Source of the DNA: a virus | Lineage: Duplodnaviria > Caudoviricetes | IMG/VR virus record: IMGVR_UViG_3300010373_000010 | Coordinates: 1-60,780 of that record | Length of the DNA stretch: 60,780 bases | Reading direction: 5' to 3' (one strand) | Shown here: piece by piece, positions 1 through 9,060 of the stretch | Numbering within the stretch: position 1 is the first letter of the stretch | Layout of the letters: each line of letters opens with the position of its first letter | Program-made: the position numbers and the translations under genes | The notes under the pieces: generated by a model | Database searches by the model: none | What the model was told of the DNA's origin: nothing | The model's input: only the letters and a program-made list of their open reading frames with translations

Positions 1-123
1 ACACTGCAAACCACGTATACAGCAAACGGGTCTTTCCCTGCACCGGATTCAGGTGTTACACAGATTGAAGTTCAGGCTCTTGGAGCCGGCGGCGGCGGTG
101 GCGCGGGACCTGCCGCTAGCGGG
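1..123. repeat. Terminal direct repeat copy 1 (identical to 60658-60780); circular-assembly overlap
   Basis: ACACTGCAAACC...CGCTAGCGGG is present at both window ends and lies inside a CDS. Confidence 0.95.
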
Positions 124-957
124 GAAGGATACGCCGGATACGGGGGTGCTTATGTTGACGCTTTTTTCTCGCCATCGAATCTGGCATATCCGGTAGCGAT
201 TGTTATAGGAGTCGGAGGAGTCGGAGCTACTGGACCAACCTGGAGTTCCACAGGCACAGCAGGTACTGACACAACGTTCGGAACGTATATAACAGCCCAA
301 GGTGGTAGCCACTATAATGCAGCCCTTGCCACATATGCCGTTACGAACGCTTCTTCGTATACTGGCGAAGATGGTGGCTACCAAGAGACGGGTGGTAGCA
401 GTGGTGATACGACGCATGCAGGCGCAGGCGGTGGATCAACACAGGGAACTGGTCTTCCGCCGCAAACAGTGCGAGGAGGAATATGTTCTTCTGGACCCGG
501 TGGCACCGGTGGTAACGCCCCTGGCCCATATGGCAACGGCGGGAACGGTACCGGTTACGGCTCTGGCGGCGGCGGTGGCACAGGAAGCCCGACATTTAAC
601 GGCACCGGTGGCAACGGTGCCGGCGGATGGATGCAGATCACGCAGACCTACGGATCGCCGGCTGATTCATATAATGTATACCACAATGGAGTTCTAATAG
701 GGAACACGACTTCTACATCATTCGATGACCCGAATCCTCCCACGGGTGCTGTGACGTATAAAGTAGTCGCAGTCTTGGGTGGAGTGGAGCAAACGAATGG
801 CTCTCAGCAGATCATCGTGAATGTGAGCCCGGTCTTGATTAATATTGGTGGAAAATTCGTGCAATCTGCTGTATACAAAGCCGTAGAACTCGCTCAAGTC
901 GGGGACATCAAGCCCCGCATCTGGCCGCCGAAGAAGAACAACACGGTGCAGGCATGA
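1..957 (+). CDS. 3' part of a glycine-rich tail fibre/virion protein (begins at ATG 60580 and runs across the junction)
   Basis: Frame 1 is open from base 1 (TLQTTYTANGSFPAP..EVQALGAGGGGG) into the listed 469..957 ORF; Gly-rich repeats plus an FN3-like YNVYHNG..F.D..Y.V.A segment. Confidence 0.8.
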   Translation, partial: TLQTTYTANGSFPAPDSGVTQIEVQALGAGGGGGAGPAASGEGYAGYGGAYVDAFFSPSNLAYPVAIVIGVGGVGATGPTWSSTGTAGTDTTFGTYITAQGGSHYNAALATYAVTNASSYTGEDGGYQETGGSSGDTTHAGAGGGSTQGTGLPPQTVRGGICSSGPGGTGGNAPGPYGNGGNGTGYGSGGGGGTGSPTFNGTGGNGAGGWMQITQTYGSPADSYNVYHNGVLIGNTTSTSFDDPNPPTGAVTYKVVAVLGGVEQTNGSQQIIVNVSPVLINIGGKFVQSAVYKAVELAQVGDIKPRIWPPKKNNTVQA

Positions 958-1277
958 GTACGTACAGCGCTGTTTTCACGCAAGCTCCGGAAGAGAAGCG
1001 CCGGTACATTTTGGATTACACGCTCACCCTCTCGGCTGGCGAGACGGTGACCAGTATTTCGTCGCCAATCAACATCACGCAGACCTTCGGGACCAACCCT
1101 CCCGTGGCGGCGTTCCAGATCACCAGCGTTGTAGTCGGCCCGGGTGGTCTTCAGGTTGTGTTCTACGCGAATGGCGGAGACGATGGGGATGAGTTCGAGG
1201 TTCAGTTCCTTGCCAATACGAGCGCTGGCCAGATCATCGAAGACGTAGTCAAGTTCACTATCGAGTCCGATCTATGA
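954..1277 (+). CDS. Virion structural protein (107 aa)
   Basis: ATGA overlap with the upstream gene, lies in the tail module, beta-rich, P.EKRRY.LDY motif. Confidence 0.7.
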   Translation: MSTYSAVFTQAPEEKRRYILDYTLTLSAGETVTSISSPINITQTFGTNPPVAAFQITSVVVGPGGLQVVFYANGGDDGDEFEVQFLANTSAGQIIEDVVKFTIESDL

Positions 1278-2326
1278 GCAGCATCATACTTTTCAATGAC
1301 AACGCATCGTCGTTGCTGGCCTCTGCGATTGGCACTGGAGATACGAGCCTCACTGTCACGCCGGGTGAAGGTCAGTTGTTCTCCAACCCAGGCGCGGGGC
1401 AGGTCGCATACGGCACGCTCGAAGACGTGAACGGCAACATCGAGATCGTCCAGATCACGAGTCGCACTGTTGATGCTTTTGTGATCGTGCGCGGGCAGGA
1501 CAATACGACTCCGCTGCCGTTCGCCTCCGGGACCCGATTCGAGCAGCGCCTCACCGCTGGGATGCTCCAGGCACTCCTCCAGAAGAACGGCGGCGACACC
1601 CTCAGCGGCACGACGAATGTCACCGGGGTACTCCAGCTTGGTGCCGGCGGATCTATCCAGGGCGGTGAGTACGCTGGTGGCTACGTCCGGTCGCAGCCCG
1701 GCGATACCAGCAACCAGATCCATGTCCCCATCGGCTCCGCGGCGACGGCTGCCGGCAGCCCCATCCTCACGACGGCGAATCTCCTCAACAATCTGCCCAG
1801 TGGTGTAGGTGTCGCGCTCACAGGCATGATCGTTATTTGGAGCGGCGCAAGCTCCTCCGTGCCGGCCGGCTGGGTCATCTGCGATGGCAATAACGGTACT
1901 CCCGACTTGCGCGACCAGTTCGTGCTCGGCGCTGGCGGTGCTCTCCCTACTGCTGGGGGATCGAGCAGCACCACCACCGGGTCCACGTCTCTCGGTTCCC
2001 TGTCCGTGGGCAATACGGCGCTGACGATCGACCAGATCCCGTCGCATAGTCACCGGTGGTGGTCGAGCGGTTTGACCTACAGCTCGAACGGTCAGCCCGC
2101 GGTGCTCGGCATCCAAAATGGTGCCGGGTCCTACCACACCAACCTCAGCGAACTCGGCGGCGGTCAGTCCGCCGTGGATTTCATCGAGACGACCGGCGGC
2201 AGCGGGGGTCCTGGCTCCAACACGGCTGCCAATCCGCACTCGCATTCGCTCAGTGGGACAACTGCTCACGCGCATTCGTATACTCTCCCGCCGTATCGCG
2301 CGTTGTTCTACATCATGAAGACGTAA
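1274..2326 (+). CDS. Tail fibre with phage tail-collar domain
   Basis: GMIVIWSG..VPAGWVICDGNNGTPDLRDQFVLGAG collar motif, HxH motifs (SHSH, PHSH, AHAH) and a C-terminal LPPYRALFYIMK. Confidence 0.85.
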   Translation: MSSIILFNDNASSLLASAIGTGDTSLTVTPGEGQLFSNPGAGQVAYGTLEDVNGNIEIVQITSRTVDAFVIVRGQDNTTPLPFASGTRFEQRLTAGMLQALLQKNGGDTLSGTTNVTGVLQLGAGGSIQGGEYAGGYVRSQPGDTSNQIHVPIGSAATAAGSPILTTANLLNNLPSGVGVALTGMIVIWSGASSSVPAGWVICDGNNGTPDLRDQFVLGAGGALPTAGGSSSTTTGSTSLGSLSVGNTALTIDQIPSHSHRWWSSGLTYSSNGQPAVLGIQNGAGSYHTNLSELGGGQSAVDFIETTGGSGGPGSNTAANPHSHSLSGTTAHAHSYTLPPYRALFYIMKT

Positions 2327-2337
2327 GGATTGCTACC

Positions 2338-3510
2338 ATGGCTCAGACCACCGCAATCCGGGCGCCAACCAACGATACCGAAAACCATACTATTATTTTA
2401 CGGCAGCTCAAGGAAGCGGCCGAAGTCGGACGTCGTATCCGCGGGAACCCCCTGGATAGCTTTGCTCAAGTAGGCGAATTGGTGAACGCCGGCATTGTTC
2501 GATTGGTGAATAACCAGCTCGTTGCCCCCAGCCCGTCCAGTCTCCCCGCATCTGCTGTTCCTAGCACGCGCAAAGTGAGTACCGCTGGATCGCTTACTGG
2601 CGGCGGTGCTCTCGCTACCGACTTAACGTTGCAGTTGGTGAATGACACTGCAGCGCCGGGTAATAGCATGGTGTACGGCACGAATGCAAGCGGTGTTAAA
2701 GGATGGTACGCGTCGAGCGGTGGAGGAGGAGGATCAAGCACTCTCGCTGGTTTATCCGACGTATCTATCAGCAGCCCGTCGAATGGGCAAGTGCTTACCT
2801 ACAACTCTTCCACTTCAAAATGGGATAACGCCAATAGCGGCACTACTGTAGCTACCCCCGGCACTATCTCCGATTTAGTTTTCTGGTGGGAGAGTGACAA
2901 TATTCTGGCGACTACGGGCCAGGGCATTTACGCCTTTCAGGACCGAACTCCATGGTATGGAGTAGGCGCTCCGTGCGGAACTGCGGGTATGGCGCTGGCA
3001 AACTCGTCTGGTTTGAACGGTCTTCCGACTGTGAATTTTGGCACCGGCGGTGCATGGTACACGATCCCAGGAAGCGCGGTTCTAACAGGGGTCACAATTT
3101 TTTCGGTATTCAACACGTCGGCTCCAGCAGGACCGGTGTCTATCATTGGCTCAACCGGCGGTAGTGGTATCGTTTTCCGCATATGGTCCAATCACATGAA
3201 CGTGCTGGTGGACTTGGTCGGAGGCGGCGGTTCGTCTAGTGCGACGGTGTCCGCGAACACATGGTACCAAGGCAATGTAACGTATGTCCCGAGCACTGGG
3301 GTGTATGCTTTCCGCCAAGGTCGTGCCGCCGCGGGCAGCGGAACGGGTCCCACTGCTAGTGCAACTGCGACGATGAACAGGATCGGATCTGGCGCCTCGG
3401 GAGAGAATTTTCAGGGGCAGCTCGCGGCCGTGATAGTCTACAATCGTGTTCTCACCACGACTGAGATCACGAACGTGGAAAACTACCTGAATGCAAAGTG
3501 GGGCGTCTGA
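2338..3510 (+). CDS. Tail fibre/receptor-binding protein with a C-terminal ConA-like lectin (LamG-like) domain
   Basis: AAGGA RBS before ATG 2338; LAGLSDVSISSPSNGQVLTYN fibre repeat; C-terminal IG..F.GQLAAVIVYNRVLT..E..VENYL.AKWG; lower GC than flanks. Confidence 0.75.
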   Translation: MAQTTAIRAPTNDTENHTIILRQLKEAAEVGRRIRGNPLDSFAQVGELVNAGIVRLVNNQLVAPSPSSLPASAVPSTRKVSTAGSLTGGGALATDLTLQLVNDTAAPGNSMVYGTNASGVKGWYASSGGGGGSSTLAGLSDVSISSPSNGQVLTYNSSTSKWDNANSGTTVATPGTISDLVFWWESDNILATTGQGIYAFQDRTPWYGVGAPCGTAGMALANSSGLNGLPTVNFGTGGAWYTIPGSAVLTGVTIFSVFNTSAPAGPVSIIGSTGGSGIVFRIWSNHMNVLVDLVGGGGSSSATVSANTWYQGNVTYVPSTGVYAFRQGRAAAGSGTGPTASATATMNRIGSGASGENFQGQLAAVIVYNRVLTTTEITNVENYLNAKWGV

Positions 3511-5747
3511 TGGCTACGCTCAAGATCGAGAACTTCACTGGCATCGCGCCGCGCTGGTCGAACCGCCTCCTGGCGAACTCGGCAGCGGTGACGGCTGCCA
3601 ATGCGAAGCTGCTCTCCGGCGAGCTGCGTGGCTTGCGCGAAACTCAGTTGCTCTACAACTTCGGGAACGTGAGCCCCGAGATCGCCCGCGCGTACCGGCT
3701 GCCGGCCACCGTAGGCGCTCCGCTGCCGATCAGCGGCTCGGATTACTGGGTCGGCTTCACTGATCCGCAGGTGGACTTCGTTCGCACACCGGTGTTGGAG
3801 GATAGCTTTGAGCGCTATTACTGGACCAGTGATTCTACCCGCCTCGGTGGGGTTCCTCAGTACAACACTCGCGCCCGTATCCAGGGCGGTTCTGGCAGCT
3901 TCGTCCTCGGCATCCCTGCTCCTACAGTCGCCCCAACGGTCGTACCGCCTGCTGGCACTGATGTTGAGAGGGCATACGTATACACTTTTGTCAGTGCATA
4001 CGGCGAGGAAGGAGCGCCAAGTCCGCCTACGACTGCTACAGGAACGAGTGGGAGCTGGGCCATCAGCGGAATCCAAACTACTGTCCCTAGCCAGTCCAAC
4101 TATAACTTGGCCACGACGCGGATCTACCGCACTGTGGCCGGCACGACTGCGACCGAGTATTACTGGGTAGCTGACATCGCCTTCGGAACCGCGACCTACA
4201 CGGACAACGCCGTCGATGCCACGGTGGCGCTGAACTACACCATGCAGTCTCTGACCTGGGACCCGCCGCCGCAAACGCTCAAAGGTCTTGTGGCGCACCC
4301 GGGCGGCTTCCTGATCGGATTCACCGGTCGCGATCTTTACATGTCGGTGCCGTACCAGCCGCACGCGTGGCCCGTGCAGAACATTCAGACGTGCCAAACG
4401 GAGATCGTCGGTGTCAGCATCTACAACAACGTCATTATCGTTGCCACTACCAGCCATCCGTACTGGGCAGACGGTATGTCGCCGGACGCTGTCACACTGG
4501 AGAAAATCGAGTCTATCGATCCATGTGTCAGTCGCCGCGGTATGGCCACGACAATCGATGGGGTTTACTACCCCAGCCCGCAGGGTATTGTTCTTGCGAC
4601 CGGAGGGCAAACACAACTCGTCACTCGATGGCTTTTCACTCGCGAGGAGTGGCAGCTTTATTTTTCGCCCACCACGGTGAATGCTGTTCCTTACGGGGTT
4701 CAGTACATTGCGTTTGATTCGACAGCCACGGGCTTCATCTACACTCCCCAGGATTACGACACTGCACCTGAGACGAGCCCCTACGCGCAGTACATGAGCA
4801 CAATGTCGCTGACGACGTTGGATCGCTTCACGGACGTCCAGACCGTTCAGATCGACCAGTACAGCGGCGACGTCTACATTGTGCAGGGCAATCAGGTGCG
4901 ACTGTGGGACCCGCCCACTTCGACGCCGTACACCTACACGTGGACGAGCAAGGAGTTCGATCTTCCGAAGCCGGTCAACTTCGGCGCCATGCGCGTGAAG
5001 TTTCAGGGCTCGCCAATCAAGATCCCGGTACAGTTCCTGGCTGACTACACGACATATAATACGTACCGTTATGCGCTTGGCCCTGTCGCGCATACGCCTC
5101 CTGTTCTCGGAGCGCCAGGAACTAGCACAACCGGTGGCACGTTGGCGGCCAACACATACTACTACGTGGTCGAGGCGATTTTGAGCAACGGGGTGTCGGT
5201 GCGCTCGAATGAAGTTTCGATTACAACGACCGGTTCTACTTCCAGCAATACGCTCAATTGGACAGCGTATTCCAACGCCATCGGCTACTACGTTTTCCGC
5301 GGCACCAGCGCGAAGGGTGAGAATGTCTATTACGCCCCGGGTAATGTTACATCATACATTGATACCGGCGCTGCGGCTACGAATGGAACACCGATGGGCA
5401 ATCTCGGGCAGCTCGCGCCCATCAATAGCCGACCGATCAACGGCGCCCGCAAGCTCACCGTGACGCAAAGCCCGCTGGACCCGCAAAACCGTGCTGCAAT
5501 CAACGGCAGTACCCTGTATCCTGTAGGAGCCCTGGAGAACCCAGGCGGTGGCGTGCAGGTGAATGTCTACGCTCGTGACGAGGCCCAGGATTGGAACCTC
5601 GTGTTCAACTGGTCCGTCAAGGACGAGAAGATCAAGCGCCTTCCGTCGGGCTTCAAGTCGGATGGTTGGCAGATCCAACTCATCGGCAACGTGCCGGTGT
5701 ATTCCGTTGTCCTGGCAGAAACAGGCGAAGAACTCGCCAAGGTATAA
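3510..5747 (+). CDS. Tail nozzle (tail tubular protein B-like/stabilisation protein)
   Basis: MATLKIENFTGIAPR start, P.QPHAWP, GVYYPSPQGIV, YTWTSKEF and a C-terminal RLPSG..W.IQL.G; size and position fit a podovirus nozzle. Confidence 0.8.
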   Translation: MATLKIENFTGIAPRWSNRLLANSAAVTAANAKLLSGELRGLRETQLLYNFGNVSPEIARAYRLPATVGAPLPISGSDYWVGFTDPQVDFVRTPVLEDSFERYYWTSDSTRLGGVPQYNTRARIQGGSGSFVLGIPAPTVAPTVVPPAGTDVERAYVYTFVSAYGEEGAPSPPTTATGTSGSWAISGIQTTVPSQSNYNLATTRIYRTVAGTTATEYYWVADIAFGTATYTDNAVDATVALNYTMQSLTWDPPPQTLKGLVAHPGGFLIGFTGRDLYMSVPYQPHAWPVQNIQTCQTEIVGVSIYNNVIIVATTSHPYWADGMSPDAVTLEKIESIDPCVSRRGMATTIDGVYYPSPQGIVLATGGQTQLVTRWLFTREEWQLYFSPTTVNAVPYGVQYIAFDSTATGFIYTPQDYDTAPETSPYAQYMSTMSLTTLDRFTDVQTVQIDQYSGDVYIVQGNQVRLWDPPTSTPYTYTWTSKEFDLPKPVNFGAMRVKFQGSPIKIPVQFLADYTTYNTYRYALGPVAHTPPVLGAPGTSTTGGTLAANTYYYVVEAILSNGVSVRSNEVSITTTGSTSSNTLNWTAYSNAIGYYVFRGTSAKGENVYYAPGNVTSYIDTGAAATNGTPMGNLGQLAPINSRPINGARKLTVTQSPLDPQNRAAINGSTLYPVGALENPGGGVQVNVYARDEAQDWNLVFNWSVKDEKIKRLPSGFKSDGWQIQLIGNVPVYSVVLAETGEELAKV

Positions 5748-5752
5748 TAACA

Positions 5753-5911
5753 ATGAAACTCAAGGCCCTGTCAGCAGAGACGCGCTCCAAGTTGCAGCGC
5801 GACGTTGCTGAGATTCGTCGGCAAGTCACTCCGGTGCAGCCTTCGGCTGCCTCGAAGACCACCACGGAACGGAGGGTGTCATGGCTTCGCCGTCCCTTCT
5901 CGCACGCCTAG
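5753..5911 (+). CDS. Small basic hypothetical protein (MKLKALSAET..., 52 aa)
   Basis: ATG 5753 follows the nozzle stop and fills the gap before the lysis genes. Confidence 0.5.
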   Translation: MKLKALSAETRSKLQRDVAEIRRQVTPVQPSAASKTTTERRVSWLRRPFSHA

Positions 5912-6210
5912 ATGCGCAGTACGCGCGCTTCCGCGGCTCGTGGTGGTTCGTCGGGATCTTCCTGGCCTACACCGGGATATGGTTCGTCCTGCGTCACGTC
6001 TACCATATCGACCCGAACCTCGATGAGCTGAATACTCAGTATTCCATCGAGGCGACTTTGGCCGGTGCTATGATTTCGATGGAGCTGAACAAAGCAGAAC
6101 AGGCACGGCGAGTTGCCGCGAAGCGCCATGAAGAACTCCTCCAGTACATCGCCGACGTGGCAGAAGCTATTCTGGAGGCAACTGGTGTTGATTCGGAGGA
6201 TACGGAATGA
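5881..6210 (+). CDS. Membrane protein, holin/antiholin candidate (DUF1003-like)
   Basis: GGAGG RBS; hydrophobic GSWWFVGIFLAYTGIWFVL segment, D P..LN..SIEA motif; directly upstream of the endolysin. Confidence 0.6.
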   Translation: MASPSLLARLDAQYARFRGSWWFVGIFLAYTGIWFVLRHVYHIDPNLDELNTQYSIEATLAGAMISMELNKAEQARRVAAKRHEELLQYIADVAEAILEATGVDSEDTE

Positions 6211-6725
6211 GCTTCTTTACCGACGTGGCGTTCCCTTGGGTGATCGGGATCGAGAAGGGATTCCAGAAAGACCCGAAGGACCCGGGCAACTGGACCGGCG
6301 GAGCTGAAGGCGTCGGCGATCTGAAGGGCACCAAGTATGGTGTCAGCGCTCGCGCGTACCCGAATCTCGACATCGAGAACCTGACGCTCGAAGACGCGCA
6401 GGCCATTGCGAAGCGCGACTACTGGGACAAGTTCTACGGAGATCACTTGCCGCCTGGAGTAGCACTTTGCGTGTTTGACATGGGATACAACTCCGGTGTA
6501 CATGAGGGCGTGAAGATCCTTCAGCGCTGCTTGGATGTCCAGGAAGACGGTGTTATGGGGCCGATTACGCTTCGGCTCGCCGAAGTGAAAGATCCGTCCT
6601 GGCTCATCAAAACCTACTACATGGAGCGGATGATGGCGTATCGCCAGATGAAGGAATGGGCGCACGATGGTAACGGGTGGGCTGCACGCGCCCAGGAAAC
6701 TCGCGACAAAGCTCTGGCGGTATGA
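6207..6725 (+). CDS. Endolysin, glycoside hydrolase family 108 with peptidoglycan-binding segment
   Basis: IEKGFQKDPKDPGNWTGG..GTKYGVSA..YP.LDI.NLT..A..I..RDYW, FD..YNSG, DGVMGPIT, GW..R. Confidence 0.92.
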   Translation: MSFFTDVAFPWVIGIEKGFQKDPKDPGNWTGGAEGVGDLKGTKYGVSARAYPNLDIENLTLEDAQAIAKRDYWDKFYGDHLPPGVALCVFDMGYNSGVHEGVKILQRCLDVQEDGVMGPITLRLAEVKDPSWLIKTYYMERMMAYRQMKEWAHDGNGWAARAQETRDKALAV

Positions 6726-6922
6726 ACAAGCTCGACATTCGTGACTGGTTCGTGATGATCCTGGCCGGGTTGCTCTGGGGGATTGCTACTTTCTTCCTTT
6801 TCAGGCATCCTACTGAGGCCAACTTCGCCACGTGGGCGACGCTCAGCGGCACGATGTTGGGTGCATATCATTGGATGGTCATACGCGACCAGAAGGTGCC
6901 AGATGCTTGCGCTTCTCAGTAA
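6722..6922 (+). CDS. Holin candidate (2 TM, 66 aa)
   Basis: ATGA overlap with the endolysin; two hydrophobic helices. Confidence 0.6.
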   Translation: MNKLDIRDWFVMILAGLLWGIATFFLFRHPTEANFATWATLSGTMLGAYHWMVIRDQKVPDACASQ

Positions 6923-7382
6923 GCTGGTCCCGATCCGAGACTGGGTCTACTTCGGCGTCTTTGTGGCGCTGATTGCCGGCTTCGCCTACTACACGCATCA
7001 CGAGCGCGTCATCGGCGAACAGAAGATCGAGGCCCTTGACTCCAAACTTGCAGCGGCCCAGGCCGCGCACGTCCAGAAGGTGGAATCCGATGCGAATGTC
7101 GATGTTGGCAAGGCTGTTGCCCAGTACAGCGCTGCTGTTTCTGTCCCTCTGCTTCCTGCTCCTGTGCTCGTGTGCCACGCCGCCCCGAGCGGTTCCGGCG
7201 CAGTGCGTAGTGATGCCTCCGCCGCCGGCTCAGGCGATGGCGCTCCCGGCGTACCAGCAGAGAGTACGGTCCCATTTGACCCCGCCCCAGCGGTGATTGA
7301 AGACGGCCGAGATGCTGATGCGCAGGTGACGCTGCTACAGGCGTACATCCGGGCATGTCAAAAAGCCGGTGCGTGCAGGTGA
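6903..7382 (+). CDS. Rz: Inner-membrane spanin (Rz-like)
   Basis: N-terminal TM (WVYFGVFVALIAGFAYY), helical periplasmic region, C-terminal ADAQVTLLQAYIR plus Cys residues. Confidence 0.8.
   Translation: MLALLSKLVPIRDWVYFGVFVALIAGFAYYTHHERVIGEQKIEALDSKLAAAQAAHVQKVESDANVDVGKAVAQYSAAVSVPLLPAPVLVCHAAPSGSGAVRSDASAAGSGDGAPGVPAESTVPFDPAPAVIEDGRDADAQVTLLQAYIRACQKAGACR
7090..7296 (+). CDS. Rz1: Outer-membrane spanin lipoprotein (Rz1-like), embedded in Rz in the +1 frame
   Basis: MRMSMLARLLPSTALLFLSLCFLLLCS-C signal peptide with lipobox, then a Pro-rich mature part (CATPPRAVPAQCVVMPPPPA); start could be 7090, 7096 or 7102. Confidence 0.8.
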   Translation: MRMSMLARLLPSTALLFLSLCFLLLCSCATPPRAVPAQCVVMPPPPAQAMALPAYQQRVRSHLTPPQR

Positions 7383-7386
7383 GGCG

Positions 7387-7575
7387 ATGCCCAGCGTCAG
7401 CGGAAAGCAGCATCGATTCTTCGGCTTCCTGAAGTCCCATCCGGAGGCGGCCAAGGCTCGTGGCGTCAGCATGGGCGTCGTGAGCGAGTTTTTGGACGCC
7501 GACCGCGGCCGGCATTTCGGACCGCCCGCGCTGCCTCAGCGCAAGCCTGCCTTCATGCGACCGAGGCATGGATAG
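7387..7575 (+). CDS. Small conserved-type phage protein (MPSVSGKQHRFF...)
   Basis: GAGG RBS; MPS.S.KQ..F..HP..AK..GVS..V..EF..AD pattern resembles small phage late proteins. Confidence 0.7.
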   Translation: MPSVSGKQHRFFGFLKSHPEAAKARGVSMGVVSEFLDADRGRHFGPPALPQRKPAFMRPRHG

Positions 7576-7993
7576 AATTATCGCCGATGGCCCGCGCATC
7601 CAGGCGTGGCTGCACGAGCAGTCCGGGCTGCCGCTGAAGGGGGACTTCCACGGCGTAGCCCGCGAAGTGGACGGGGAGATCGTATCAGCGTTTGGCTATG
7701 ATAATTTCACGGATGGCGGCTGCGCCCTGCACGTCTCTACGATTCGGCCTCTGACCAGGACCCTGCTGTGGTGGGCGTTCCATATCCCGTTCGAGCAGTG
7801 GGGCTTCCGCTTCCTTATGGGGTGTGTCTCTGCCAAGAACTTGAAATCCTTGAACCTCGCGACTAAGCTGGGGTTCACGGAAGTGGGCCGCATCCCGGGT
7901 GAGGTCCACTTCTTCGCCCTACAAAGACAAGACTGTCGGTGGATACAGCATGAGCAGCGGCGGCGGATCAGTCCCCAAGGCCCCCGATCTTAG
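7568..7993 (+). CDS. GNAT-family acetyltransferase-like virion protein
   Basis: F..PFEQWG..L.G.V..KN.KSL.LA.KLGF.EVG GNAT motif; sits just before the ejection proteins as in other podoviruses. Confidence 0.8.
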   Translation: MDRIIADGPRIQAWLHEQSGLPLKGDFHGVAREVDGEIVSAFGYDNFTDGGCALHVSTIRPLTRTLLWWAFHIPFEQWGFRFLMGCVSAKNLKSLNLATKLGFTEVGRIPGEVHFFALQRQDCRWIQHEQRRRISPQGPRS

Positions 7994-9059
7994 CGGCAAC
8001 ATCAACAACGCCAACCAGACCTTTGGTACGGCGACGAGCAGTGCTGCTCAGACGATGAACACTGCCCAGGCGCTGAACAAACAGGCGCAGAGCAATCTCG
8101 GCAACGTCGTTAACCAGTCGAACTCGATGGCTCAGAAGATTGGCGACACGGCCAATCAGAACCTCAGCACTTACGGCTCGACCTTCAGCCCGCTTCAGAA
8201 GACCGAGGCGCAGGCTGCGCAGAACTACGGCTCGACCGCCAACATCCAACGCTTGCAGGGTCAGGCAGTGGCCGACCAGGGCGCTGCGTCGGCGGCAGCC
8301 CGCGCCAACTCCGCGCACGCTCTGGCTGCCGAAGGTGTCGATCCGGCGTCAATTCATGGCGCTGCGCTCGACCGTCAAGCGGCTGTCGCTGGCGCTGCGA
8401 ACGCGGCGAGCGCCGGTACGCAGGCGTCGATCAATGCGCAGAACGAGGCTTTCAACCGCGAGAACGCGGCCAATCAGCTAGGCTTGCAGGTGGGCAATGC
8501 CGGTACGGCTGGTGCCGAGACCGCTGCGCAGACGGGTATCGCTGGGCAGGAGGCCGAGAACTCGACCAACGCGGGCAACGTCAACAACCTGACGGCATCC
8601 AACACGTTCCTGAACACCGGCATCAACGCCAACAACAGCGGTGAAAAGGCCGCCAACGACCAGTTCGGCGATCAGATGCAGGCGTATCAGGCGCAGCAGG
8701 CCGCCAGCTCCAGCGCGATGTCGTCGATCGGCAGCATCGCCGGTGCGGCCATGATGTTCATGGAGCGCGGTGGTGTTGTGCCGCACGGCCCGCGTGGTAT
8801 CCCCGTGGCTCGCGGCGTGCATGACTACGCCGCTGGTGGCTCGGTGACGTCGAAGGGCGCGTTCACTCGCAGCCCGATCCCCGGCTCGACCGACACAAAG
8901 CCGGCGCTCCTCACCCCCGGAGAGTTCGTCATCCCGAAGGATGTCGTAGACTATCTGGGTCAGGAGCACTTCCATAAGCTCATCGACAAGACCCGTGTCC
9001 AGTCCAATACTCGCCGGGCGATCCCGGTTCAACACTCTCCTCATGTGAGCATGCACTGA
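7950..9059 (+). CDS. Ejection/internal virion protein (small)
   Basis: Ala/Gln/Asn-rich helical protein with C-terminal GS.DT.PALLTPGEFVIPKDVV motif. Confidence 0.7.
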   Translation: MSSGGGSVPKAPDLSGNINNANQTFGTATSSAAQTMNTAQALNKQAQSNLGNVVNQSNSMAQKIGDTANQNLSTYGSTFSPLQKTEAQAAQNYGSTANIQRLQGQAVADQGAASAAARANSAHALAAEGVDPASIHGAALDRQAAVAGAANAASAGTQASINAQNEAFNRENAANQLGLQVGNAGTAGAETAAQTGIAGQEAENSTNAGNVNNLTASNTFLNTGINANNSGEKAANDQFGDQMQAYQAQQAASSSAMSSIGSIAGAAMMFMERGGVVPHGPRGIPVARGVHDYAAGGSVTSKGAFTRSPIPGSTDTKPALLTPGEFVIPKDVVDYLGQEHFHKLIDKTRVQSNTRRAIPVQHSPHVSMH

Positions 9060-9060
9060 A

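Noticed and set aside
1-3510. Diversity-generating retroelement acting on the tail fibres
   Set aside because: No reverse transcriptase and no template/variable repeat pair seen
5743-5748. TATAAT before the lysis genes as a sigma70 promoter
   Set aside because: No -35 or extended -10 match, and it overlaps the nozzle stop codon
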